A program made the position numbers and the translations under genes. This document shows positions 18,939 through 28,131 of a stretch of DNA of 64,000 nt, in pieces. Positions within the stretch are counted from its first letter, which is position 1. The number at the start of each line of letters is the position of its first letter. The stretch spans positions 852-64,851 of the forward strand of contig CAUQMR010000001.1 of NCBI GenBank assembly GCA_963519285.1, in the 5' to 3' direction. Source of the DNA: an uncultured Candidatus Saccharibacteria bacterium (GTDB lineage Bacteria; Patescibacteriota; Saccharimonadia; Saccharimonadales; Saccharimonadaceae). Below the pieces are notes generated by a model. That model did not search any database, was not told the DNA's origin, and was given only the letters and a program-made list of their open reading frames with translations.

Positions 18939-20702
18939 TTATGCTGTGTCTGCTGCAACACGATTAACTTCTTCCAGTGTCGTAATACCACTCAAAGCCT
19001 TCAAATAACCGTCCTGACGCATCGTAATCATCCCCTGCTGGACCGCCATGCGCTGAATCTCTGCCGAGGTTGCTTGCTTGACGATCAAGTTTTGGATCTC
19101 CTCTGTCACATCCATCACCTCGTACAAACCAGCGCGCCCCAGATATCCTCGCGGTGACTGAGGAGTGTCCCGACCCCTCACTAACGTGTATGATTGTTGA
19201 CCAGCCAGCGGCAAGTCTTTATATCCCAAGTCTTGAGCATATGGCACAACTTGTTCTCGTGATTGCGGTAACAAATGTCCAATCGTTGATTGAATAGTTT
19301 GCGTCTCCAGAGGTGAAGACTGATAAGCATCGTGTTTCGGGGCAACTCGCCGGACCAGGCGCTGACCGATAATCGTGTTCACAGTACTAGCAATCAAAAA
19401 TGGCTCAATCCCCATATCCAACAAGCGCGGCAGCACGCCAGCTGCTGAGTTGGTGTGCAGCGTTGAAAACACCAAGTGCCCCGTCAATGCCGCCTGAACC
19501 GCCAAATTAGCGGTTTCCGCATCACGAATCTCACCCACCATCACCACATCTGGGTCTTGACGCAAGATAGAGCGTAACCCTGAGGCAAACGTTAGCCCAA
19601 CCTCAGTGTTCACCTGAATCTGATTGACACCGTCCATTTTATACTCCACAGGGTCTTCCAGTGTCACAATATTGACTGAATCGTCTTTAATTTCTTTGAT
19701 CAGAGCGTACAAACTTGTGGATTTACCAGAACCTGTCGGACCAGATGTCAAAATCATACCGTTTGGCCGCTTAATTCCTTTTCGGATGCTGCGCAGGGCT
19801 CGGCCCGCATAACCCATATCTTCCAAATTAAACGAATTTCCCGTCTTATCAAGCAGACGAATCACCACCTGCTCACCCCAAACCACCGGTGATATTGCTA
19901 TACGCAAGTCGACTGCCTTACCAGCTACATTCACCGCAAACTGACCGTCCTGAGGGATGCGGTGCTCATCAATTTTCAAGCTGGATAAAATCTTTATGCG
20001 GCTCACCAGCGCTGGTTCGATACTTTTTGGCAGCTGCATAACCTCCCTAAGCACACCGTCAACACGACAACGAATCTTCAGAGCTTTTTCCAGTGGTTCT
20101 ATGTGTACATCAGAGGCATGGCTTTTCACCGCATACTCCAAAATAGTGCTTAATGCGCGCGAAATTGGAGAGTCCTGGACGATAGTCTTGATCTCGGTAG
20201 CTGATTCAATAGCTGCTTCCTCTTGTGATACCTGAGCTGCGTCACTAACCGTCGACAAATCCGCCTTGTATTGACCTAGGACATGCCTGACGCTGTCCTC
20301 AGATGCCATAAATACCTTCAGTGGACGCTGGATGCGATTTGCCAAATAGTCGACAGCCTGGACGTTATTGGCATCGATCATAGCGACTGCCAGGCGGTTT
20401 TGAACTTCAGCCAACGGAACGGCCATGAAACGCTCCGCCACTTCAGCCGGCAGCAGAGATAAGATATTCTGATCGATGAAGCTATTGCTCAAATTGACGT
20501 ATGGTACGCCTGAAATTTGAGCTACAGCATGGGTCAACAACTCATTGTCAATCACACCCTCTTCGGTTAGCAGAGAAAAGAATGGCTTGTCTTCTTTCTT
20601 GGCACGCGCTTCCGCATCGTCTAAAACCCGTTTCTCGACAAGACCCTCATCAATCAAAAGCTTGATGAGTTTTTCCTGTATTTCATCTGTTAGCAGCGCC
20701 AT
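18939..20702 (-). CDS. pilB: Type IV pilus assembly ATPase (GspE/PilB)
   Basis: ASDVHIEP, RIPQDG, GPTGSGKS, LRQDPD, ALTGHLV. Confidence 0.95.
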   Translation of the reverse strand: MALLTDEIQEKLIKLLIDEGLVEKRVLDDAEARAKKEDKPFFSLLTEEGVIDNELLTHAVAQISGVPYVNLSNSFIDQNILSLLPAEVAERFMAVPLAEVQNRLAVAMIDANNVQAVDYLANRIQRPLKVFMASEDSVRHVLGQYKADLSTVSDAAQVSQEEAAIESATEIKTIVQDSPISRALSTILEYAVKSHASDVHIEPLEKALKIRCRVDGVLREVMQLPKSIEPALVSRIKILSSLKIDEHRIPQDGQFAVNVAGKAVDLRIAISPVVWGEQVVIRLLDKTGNSFNLEDMGYAGRALRSIRKGIKRPNGMILTSGPTGSGKSTSLYALIKEIKDDSVNIVTLEDPVEYKMDGVNQIQVNTEVGLTFASGLRSILRQDPDVVMVGEIRDAETANLAVQAALTGHLVFSTLHTNSAAGVLPRLLDMGIEPFLIASTVNTIIGQRLVRRVAPKHDAYQSSPLETQTIQSTIGHLLPQSREQVVPYAQDLGYKDLPLAGQQSYTLVRGRDTPQSPRGYLGRAGLYEVMDVTEEIQNLIVKQATSAEIQRMAVQQGMITMRQDGYLKALSGITTLEEVNRVAADTA

Positions 20703-20714
20703 GTTGCTAACCCC

Positions 20715-20942
20715 TTATCCGTTTTCGCCACCAACAATCACTTCAACGGTAGGGTTGATCGCTTTATCGTTAAAAATATCTTTGCTCGGTTGCGTTACGT
20801 CTGATGAAATTTTGCGAATCGTTTGTACTTTTACGCCACTGTCTGGCAACTTCAGAAATGACAGGTTAGACGCCACCACATACGCGACGATCACGCCCAA
20901 ACTTGCTACTAAAATAATCATTGCTATATCTGTTTTTTTCAT
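20715..20942 (-). CDS. Small membrane-anchored protein in the pil operon
   Basis: 75 aa, N-terminal TM, start overlaps the pilO stop (ATGA). Confidence 0.75.
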   Translation of the reverse strand: MKKTDIAMIILVASLGVIVAYVVASNLSFLKLPDSGVKVQTIRKISSDVTQPSKDIFNDKAINPTVEVIVGGENG

Positions 20943-21601
20943 GGTTTTACCACCTTATTTTCAAGTGTAATTGCCTGCGCTGGATTGTATGGAACTTTGC
21001 CTTGTACGTTGAGGACCACCTTGCCGTCACCTGCTTGAATCTCCATGGCGGTGATTTCAATGACACGAATTGATTTCTCAAAACGCTCCATCAATTCTTT
21101 CAGCTTATCAGGCGCACCACTAACTGAAAGATTGAACTTATGTGCCGACTCTGAGTTAGACTCCCCTTCACTGGCGGAGGCTGCGTCTACCGTTAGGCTC
21201 TCCAGTGTCAAACCTGGCACCGCCCCAATGAACTTTTGCTGCAAGGCAGCACCCAAGGCATCAGCGTTCGGCTCAGCTGGTAGCGCATCCAAAATAGTTT
21301 GTAGTGGACTACTGTCATCGCTCGACTTTACTGATTTGAGCGCATCATTTGTCTCTAATACTCTGATGTTATCTTTTAGCTCTTTGGCGTTAGAGATATT
21401 GCTATGTAAGGTACTCACGGTACCATTTTTTGTAGCAATAACTTTAGAATGGAAGATGATCTGTTGTATCAGGAATATCGATACTACCAGGGAAACACCC
21501 GCCAAAAAAGCAGCACCCGCCACAAAAAAGAACATTGTCTTTTTTGAAGAATCTATCTGTTGGCGTTTGCGAATTGCCACATCTTGCTCACCTGAGGGCA
21601 T
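20939..21601 (-). CDS. pilO: PilO-like alignment protein
   Basis: TM, coiled coil, ferredoxin-like C-terminus (FEKSIRVIEI); follows pilM and pilN. Confidence 0.75.
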   Translation of the reverse strand: MPSGEQDVAIRKRQQIDSSKKTMFFFVAGAAFLAGVSLVVSIFLIQQIIFHSKVIATKNGTVSTLHSNISNAKELKDNIRVLETNDALKSVKSSDDSSPLQTILDALPAEPNADALGAALQQKFIGAVPGLTLESLTVDAASASEGESNSESAHKFNLSVSGAPDKLKELMERFEKSIRVIEITAMEIQAGDGKVVLNVQGKVPYNPAQAITLENKVVKP

Positions 21602-22329
21602 TATTGATTCTCCTTCTTCTGTTCAGTTGATTCACTACGGCTAAAGAGGCTTTCTGGAACACCTAAGCGTGAATCTGTCACGTTTGTCTTGCTGGTCGGC
21701 GTAATGATTGAAATCGTTTCTTTTGAATGCGCGAACAAATCATCAGGATAGGTGAAAGTAAAGGCAAAGCGCAACACCTTCTTACCTTCGGCATTCTCGC
21801 CAAATGTTGTTTCACCGGCTTTCATATCACTTGCTAGCGGCACACCGTCACCCTCGGCATTACCCTTTTTCACTTTGGTACTGGTCAATGTCTTCTTGAG
21901 GACCTCCAACGCCGCAAAGCCATTGACGGCTGAACCTTCCAGGGTAATTGTCTTTTCTTCTGGGTTAAGACGCGCCATTGATATCTGCACATTATTTGGT
22001 GCTGGCGGGTTGATAGCACTGATCAATGATAATAGTCGTGAATTAATCTTTTTATCACTGTGTAGTCGATCGATCTGCCCTAACTGCTGCTGCAGCGTTA
22101 CGGTCTTGTCTAGGTCGCTAATTTGCGATAGTTCACCATATTTGCTTTTTATATCACTGTCTTGCTTGAGTTCAAACGCTAGTTGGCCACCTAAAACAAC
22201 TGCACAGAATACGACGATAGCAATAGACACGATACCTACCAATATCGACATTGATATGACCGCGTTGCGCATCATGCGAATACGTAGTAGCTCGCGCTTA
22301 ACATCTGGGATCAAGTTGATTTCAATCAT
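21601..22329 (-). CDS. pilN: PilN-like alignment protein
   Basis: MIEINLIP (INLLP PilM-binding motif), TM, coiled coil. Confidence 0.85.
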   Translation of the reverse strand: MIEINLIPDVKRELLRIRMMRNAVISMSILVGIVSIAIVVFCAVVLGGQLAFELKQDSDIKSKYGELSQISDLDKTVTLQQQLGQIDRLHSDKKINSRLLSLISAINPPAPNNVQISMARLNPEEKTITLEGSAVNGFAALEVLKKTLTSTKVKKGNAEGDGVPLASDMKAGETTFGENAEGKKVLRFAFTFTYPDDLFAHSKETISIITPTSKTNVTDSRLGVPESLFSRSESTEQKKENQ

Positions 22330-23372
22330 CCGAGATTACTCCTTTGCGCTAACCCGACGACTGTTGCAAACTCAGAGGCCACTGGAGCCAATTGCTGCTG
22401 ATCATTTTGTGACATCGAAACACGTTGCCACGGATTGGCAGTAACGGCATTGATACCAGCCTTTGAGGAAATGTATTGATCCATCTGCGGGATAGCTGCG
22501 CCAAATCCAGACAATAATATGCCAGAAACTTGTAAGCTCGTGTAACGCGTCTGGAAAAAGGTGATTGATTTGACAATTTCTGAAGCAAAATTGTCCAAAA
22601 CCATATCAATCGCTCGCAGCACTTGACCATCCAGGCGATCTGGCGCCAAGCCAAACTTCAAAATAAATTGCCGCGCCTGGTCCTCTTGGACGCTCAAGTT
22701 CTGTACTGCTGACCGCACCAGTGACTGTAGGCCTGTTGGCACCGTACGTACCAACCGAGGTGTTGTGCCATATACCACAGCTAAATCAGTAGAGATTTCA
22801 CCCATATCGAGGATCAATTTCACATCCTGGTTATCAGATGGTGTTAATGAGCGAACCATTGCTATCGGGTCTGGCTCCTCAGCGATAACATTAAAGCCTA
22901 AGCCTTCCACAAATTCCAATTTGCTTTCGGCATATGATTTAGCTGTACTGGTCAATAACACCTCATACTGGTTTTGCGTTCGCAAGCTGTCACCGAGCAA
23001 CGCCCAGTCAACCTTTGCATCGTCAATCGACATTGGAATATATTGTTCCACCTGATATTTCATGGTTGCGCGCAGCTCTTGGTCGGAAACTTTTGGCACA
23101 TCGATGATAGTGCTGAAGGTTTTACTCGAAGGCAACCCGATGGCAACATTTGAGGTTTTGATGCCACTTTGCCCGACAGCAGTCATGATCACTTCGCCCA
23201 AGCGACGCTTCGCCTCTGGTGAGTCACTGCTTGATATCTTGCTATCAACTGGTGCATAACCATAATGCATCAGATTCCAGCCTGAACCACTGCGACCCAA
23301 TTGAACAACCCGCACCGCGTTTGTACCGATGTCTAGTCCGAAGAAGTCGCCCAACCCTTTTGAGAATTTCAT
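22326..23372 (-). CDS. pilM: Type IV pilus assembly protein PilM
   Basis: GLDIGTNAVRVV, EQYIPMSIDD, ILLSGFGA, VGLA actin-like fold. Start set at 23372. Confidence 0.93.
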   Translation of the reverse strand: MKFSKGLGDFFGLDIGTNAVRVVQLGRSGSGWNLMHYGYAPVDSKISSSDSPEAKRRLGEVIMTAVGQSGIKTSNVAIGLPSSKTFSTIIDVPKVSDQELRATMKYQVEQYIPMSIDDAKVDWALLGDSLRTQNQYEVLLTSTAKSYAESKLEFVEGLGFNVIAEEPDPIAMVRSLTPSDNQDVKLILDMGEISTDLAVVYGTTPRLVRTVPTGLQSLVRSAVQNLSVQEDQARQFILKFGLAPDRLDGQVLRAIDMVLDNFASEIVKSITFFQTRYTSLQVSGILLSGFGAAIPQMDQYISSKAGINAVTANPWQRVSMSQNDQQQLAPVASEFATVVGLAQRSNLG

Positions 23373-23419
23373 ATCACCTTTCATTATACATAAGCTTGTT
23401 ATATTTGTAAAACAAAACG

Positions 23420-25774
23420 TTAAAAACGTGGCGGCAGTTCACGGGAATACATGGTCTGAATAGCGCCCGAATCACGTGAACGGCCATAATTTGCTAAATA
23501 CGCGTCTGGTCGCAAGTTTAAAATCTCTGCCGGTTTACCAAAATCAGTCTGATCAGAACCATGAGTTCGTCGCAGGTAGAGTGACCCGGTGACAATTGGT
23601 CCGTTGACGCGAAGTTGCTGTTTATCGCAAGCCCCACTTGCTAACAGATCTGATTCTGGCCAACCCTTGCCATTCTTGGCTTCAGCACAGGTACTGACAG
23701 TCTTGTTAGCCAGCAACCAGGCATCGACACGCTGCACATTTGGCTCTATGATGATATGGTCTGCTCGAATGATGAGTTGTGGAATAGCTCCAACGCTTGA
23801 TAGTGGGCCGTTTGCATAAGCAATATCACCAGTGATGCGCACTGTTCGCCCGTATACCGTGATGTACGCACCGGTCTTCACGGTACCACCAGTGATTTCT
23901 ACTTGCGCTGCACGATACTCGGCGTTGCCAGACAACTGTCCATCACCGATCTTTATAGAGCCACTGTCCGTTCCTTTGATAGCCGGGTAATTATAGCCTG
24001 TGAGACGACCAAACTGCCCATATGGTGTTTTAGTGTTACGGAATGTCAAGGTATTATATTCACGAGCTAAGCCTCCAGCTGGGCCACCATCAGACAATCC
24101 AGCACCTGAAGCAGAAATGATATTTTGTGGCGACAAAATGCCATACTCTGCCCACGATCCGTACCGTTTATCGTCCAAAATAGTCATACTAGTTTGTACT
24201 AAGCCCTTGCTGGTCGCTCCGCCAAATGATACACCAGCCCTGACGTCGCCACCCCAGAACTGAACTTTTGGTTTCTTACTGACAACCACACACTTCACAG
24301 CGTATGATGACGTTTCTTTACCGACCTCTTGTTTATAAGCAGCAACTACCGTTGCATAACAAACCCTATCGCCCGACTGGACCGGCAATCCATTGATATC
24401 ATCGTCAGACGAATGAATCATGGTTTGATTGACTGGAAAGTCTCGATCCGAGCCATCTTTGTAAAGGTCTTTACAAGCACCAGAAATTGTCACGCCATGT
24501 TTTGCGGCAAGGTGAGCTGCTAATTCACATGGATTCTCAATGGACATCTTTACATTATCACCAGATTCAGCAATGGTATTGCCTGGCTTTGCCACAAACC
24601 GCACTACCGCACTACGAGTTGGCTTGGAGCGTGTCGGTCCGCCATTATATATCGATCCCTGCACCCCAGAGACTTTCTTTTGTCCCAGAGTAATCGTGGT
24701 TGACGCTACATCAATTGATGGCCTCAAAGTGTATTCATATGGCACGACAGCACACGCATAGTTTGAGCCAGCAACACCACCCTTGTAGCTAGCTGGTGCC
24801 CATTCAATTCGTTGACAGATATTTTTTCCCGCATCACTTGCTTTGATGGTATATCTCATGACATTCCAAGGGTTCTTTGCACCAGCATATGGACCATAGT
24901 GTTGAATAAAGGTATCTCTTCGTAACGGTGGGCTGGACCAGCCAAAGTCAATCACGCTAGCATCTTCCGAAGCACTAATATGCGGACTTCGTGGCAAATT
25001 ATGACCCCTGATGGTGTGGCGAATCTGCTGGTTGGCATTTGCGTCACGCATAGCCAGTCGGTGGGTAAAACCAATAGTCTCGCCCGGTTTAGCAAATAAC
25101 GTTGCTTTCTGCCAATCCCGATCAACATTGTTATTTGCTGTTGTTTCACGACGAATATAACTCTCTCCCTCTGCGCGCCATGGGCTAGCCTGGCGGATTA
25201 TCCTGACTGGTAACGTTTCTGCTCGACATCGACCAATTGAAGTATTCTCTCTAAAATCACCACAACGCCAAAAAGTTAAATATAACACCTGGCCATTTGG
25301 ATCACCAGGCGTAGCAACATTCCTAATGTCCAATGTTGCTGGCAATGAATCTCCAATTGATGTCCAGCCACTCGCATCACCACGTCCACGGAGGAGGTTA
25401 GTACCATGAATTGTCATCCTTGATGATAGTGATTGAATCTGTGTAGCATAAAATGGTAATCCTGTACATTCACCGCCCATCACCGCCGATCCATGTAGGT
25501 ATATGGTGATGTATTCTTGATTATGAGCAACAGCCTGCACGCCAGTTGAATAATAGCCTTGCTCCCAGCCGTTCGAGGGGCCATAATTGCCATTTTTATC
25601 ATTAAACCATAAGGCTCCCTGGCCACAAACTTTATTTTCTAAGTATTTGTTCCAGGCATCTATCTCTGAGTTGTTATATGCTGGACGTGCCGCATGAGCA
25701 TCGTTTGTCAAAAATAACGCTGAGGCCATGGCGCCCACCAAGACCAATGAAGCAAACGCCCACCGCCGATTCAT
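23420..25774 (-). CDS. Large secreted Cys-rich beta-rich protein, putative pilus-associated adhesin
   Basis: Signal peptide ending AHA, many Cys pairs, Ig-like/beta-helix-like stretches, directly upstream of pilM. Function is inference. Confidence 0.6.
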   Translation of the reverse strand: MNRRWAFASLVLVGAMASALFLTNDAHAARPAYNNSEIDAWNKYLENKVCGQGALWFNDKNGNYGPSNGWEQGYYSTGVQAVAHNQEYITIYLHGSAVMGGECTGLPFYATQIQSLSSRMTIHGTNLLRGRGDASGWTSIGDSLPATLDIRNVATPGDPNGQVLYLTFWRCGDFRENTSIGRCRAETLPVRIIRQASPWRAEGESYIRRETTANNNVDRDWQKATLFAKPGETIGFTHRLAMRDANANQQIRHTIRGHNLPRSPHISASEDASVIDFGWSSPPLRRDTFIQHYGPYAGAKNPWNVMRYTIKASDAGKNICQRIEWAPASYKGGVAGSNYACAVVPYEYTLRPSIDVASTTITLGQKKVSGVQGSIYNGGPTRSKPTRSAVVRFVAKPGNTIAESGDNVKMSIENPCELAAHLAAKHGVTISGACKDLYKDGSDRDFPVNQTMIHSSDDDINGLPVQSGDRVCYATVVAAYKQEVGKETSSYAVKCVVVSKKPKVQFWGGDVRAGVSFGGATSKGLVQTSMTILDDKRYGSWAEYGILSPQNIISASGAGLSDGGPAGGLAREYNTLTFRNTKTPYGQFGRLTGYNYPAIKGTDSGSIKIGDGQLSGNAEYRAAQVEITGGTVKTGAYITVYGRTVRITGDIAYANGPLSSVGAIPQLIIRADHIIIEPNVQRVDAWLLANKTVSTCAEAKNGKGWPESDLLASGACDKQQLRVNGPIVTGSLYLRRTHGSDQTDFGKPAEILNLRPDAYLANYGRSRDSGAIQTMYSRELPPRF

Positions 25775-26263
25775 TTAGTCTCCCCGCCTCTGATCACCCT
25801 GCTTATCATGTGAGCCCACAATATTCTTTATGGCATCAAGGGTAATAATGTCATTAACTCGATGGTCTACATATACGCCAGAATTGTTCACTGCTTTTTC
25901 AAGGGCTTCATAGCCACTTTTTGCCGCAGCTGCATCTCGGGTATAGTAGAACGGATACGCCAAGGCCATGAACGCACAGGTTGGATCCTTGTCATAATCC
26001 TTTTTTGCCTTCACATCATCAACAAATTGTTTCATTTCTTCGCTATGTTTTTTCTTGGCTGCTTCATCAACTGACAAGTCGGTGTCTTGACGAATTTTAT
26101 TATACCGGTCAATCATATCTTTGCCACATATCACATACGGTGTTTTCACCACTTGCTGTGGCTGCTTAAAGCCCAGGTAGAGAAACCCGCTTTTTACGCC
26201 AGCGACGACAATAGCCACGACGACTACTACTGATATAATACCCCATATAATCACTTTCTTCAT
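25775..26263 (-). CDS. Hypothetical membrane-anchored protein
   Basis: N-terminal TM, Cys pair; stop abuts the next ATG. Confidence 0.75.
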   Translation of the reverse strand: MKKVIIWGIISVVVVVAIVVAGVKSGFLYLGFKQPQQVVKTPYVICGKDMIDRYNKIRQDTDLSVDEAAKKKHSEEMKQFVDDVKAKKDYDKDPTCAFMALAYPFYYTRDAAAAKSGYEALEKAVNNSGVYVDHRVNDIITLDAIKNIVGSHDKQGDQRRGD

Positions 26264-26324
26264 ACTGCTTATTCTAATACAGCTACGCTATCCTTGCAAC
26301 CATCAGTGATGGTATAATAAGCTC

Positions 26325-27404
26325 ATGAGTTTATCTATTGGTATCGTGGGGCTCCCCAATGTTGGCAAGTCAACCACGTTTAATGCATTAACAAACAACG
26401 ATATTTTAGCGGCAAACTACCCTTTTGCGACGATTGAGCCGAACACGGGAATTGTTCCGGTGCCAGACGAACGGCTGGAGGTTTTAGCAAAATTATACGG
26501 CTCAGAGAAAATTCTGCCAGCCACGGTGACATTTGTGGATATCGCCGGGTTAGTAGCAGGCGCCTCCAAAGGTGAGGGTTTGGGCAATAAGTTTTTAGCA
26601 AACATCCGGCAATGTGACGCAATTGTGCATGTGGTTCGTGCTTTTGAAAATAACGCCATTTTGCGCCATGATGAAGCACCAGTCAACCCCAAAGCTGACA
26701 TTGACATCATCAACACCGAGCTAATCTTAGCAGATATTCAAACCATAGAAAATCGATTGCCACGGTTACAGAAAGAGGCCAAAGCCCGTCCAGCAGCTCG
26801 CGAAGAAGTCGCCTATCTACAAACGCTACTAGAACAACTGCAGTCTGGTGTACCGCTATCTTCAATAGCCGACTTGAACACAGAATTGATTCAAGATCTC
26901 CACCTACTGACTGCCAAACCAGTTATTTATGCATTCAATGTTGACGAGGCGGGACTAACCGATGCTACGCTGCAATCAGAGCTGACTTCCTTGGTGGCGC
27001 CTGCTAAAGCTTTGTTTTTGAGTGCCAAACTGGAAGAAGAGCTGAAGGGACTATCACCCGCAGAAGCTGCCGAGCTGTTGGAAAGTTACGGTGTCACGGA
27101 AACCGGACTCATGCAATTGATTCATGCTGCGTATGATACCCTCGGCCTTCAAAGTTACTTAACTGCTGGACCTAAAGAGGTTCGTGCCTGGACTATCCAC
27201 AAAGGATGGACAGCGCCACAAGCTGCTGGTGTTATTCACACCGACTTTGAAAGAGGCTTCATTGCTGCTCAAGTGGTCGACTATCACGACCTCGTCAGTG
27301 CTGGCTCTGAAGCCGCTGCCCGCGCTGCTGGTAAGATGCGAACTGAAGGTAAAACCTACGTCATGCAGCCTGATGATGTGGTTGAGTTTAGATTTAACGT
27401 GTAG
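26325..27404 (+). CDS. ychF: Redox-regulated ATPase YchF
   Basis: GIVGLPNVGKST, ANYPFATIEPN, DIAGLV, GVIHTDFERGFI, FRFNV. Confidence 0.98.
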   Translation: MSLSIGIVGLPNVGKSTTFNALTNNDILAANYPFATIEPNTGIVPVPDERLEVLAKLYGSEKILPATVTFVDIAGLVAGASKGEGLGNKFLANIRQCDAIVHVVRAFENNAILRHDEAPVNPKADIDIINTELILADIQTIENRLPRLQKEAKARPAAREEVAYLQTLLEQLQSGVPLSSIADLNTELIQDLHLLTAKPVIYAFNVDEAGLTDATLQSELTSLVAPAKALFLSAKLEEELKGLSPAEAAELLESYGVTETGLMQLIHAAYDTLGLQSYLTAGPKEVRAWTIHKGWTAPQAAGVIHTDFERGFIAAQVVDYHDLVSAGSEAAARAAGKMRTEGKTYVMQPDDVVEFRFNV

Positions 27405-28131
27405 TTGGTTTAGCTACTTTTAATGCATAAAATCGCTCACGATTGCCGCGAGCTCCAGCCACGGCACTGTCGGCTTTGTCCACCGTTACGAACAATTTTG
27501 CTGACCACGCCTCAAAATCACGCAAAATCTGCCGCCGAATTGTATCATTTTTGATGACGCCACTGTTACCCAACTGCTGACGCGCGGCTTCAAACTGCGG
27601 CTTAACCATAGCAACAATTAGCGTCGTATCCTTACAAATGCTCGCAAGATGCGGTAAAATTTGCCGTAAACTGATGAACGATACGTCGATCAGCACAATA
27701 TCTGGTGCTTCGTCTGGCACAAAATCCCGAATATCAGTTTTTTCGTGCAATTCTATCCTTGAGTCACGCCGCAAATCTGGATGCAGCTGATCAGTTCCAA
27801 CGTCAACTGCATATACTTTTTTAGCACCATGTTTCAGCGCATAATCAGTAAACCCGCCGGTGCTACTGCCAACATCCAGCACAACACGGTCGGTAAATGT
27901 GATACCCAAAGCTGAAGCGACACTCGCTAGTTTTAATCCCGCACGACTGACGTATCGCTCACGTGGCGACAACGTAATCAACGCCTGATCACCCACCATA
28001 TAACCTGGCTTTTGTACCACCTTTCCATCAACCACAACATCACCGAGGCGAATATAGTTTTCGGCCTGCGACCTGCTAGTAACCAGCCCTCGAGCAACCA
28101 GTTCTTTGTCAAGCCGTCCCTTAACCGCCAT
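27394..28131 (-). CDS. tlyA: TlyA family rRNA methyltransferase
   Basis: S4 domain (RLDKELV), YVSRAGLKL, DVGSSTGGFTD, DVSFISL, KPQFE. Start set at 28131. Confidence 0.95.
   Translation of the reverse strand: MAVKGRLDKELVARGLVTSRSQAENYIRLGDVVVDGKVVQKPGYMVGDQALITLSPRERYVSRAGLKLASVASALGITFTDRVVLDVGSSTGGFTDYALKHGAKKVYAVDVGTDQLHPDLRRDSRIELHEKTDIRDFVPDEAPDIVLIDVSFISLRQILPHLASICKDTTLIVAMVKPQFEAARQQLGNSGVIKNDTIRRQILRDFEAWSAKLFVTVDKADSAVAGARGNRERFYALKVAKPTTR

Noticed and set aside
21045..22444. Long antisense ORFs (also 33917-34561, 46034-46525, 15149-15577)
   Set aside because: They are shadows of well-supported genes on the opposite strand, with no recognisable motifs.
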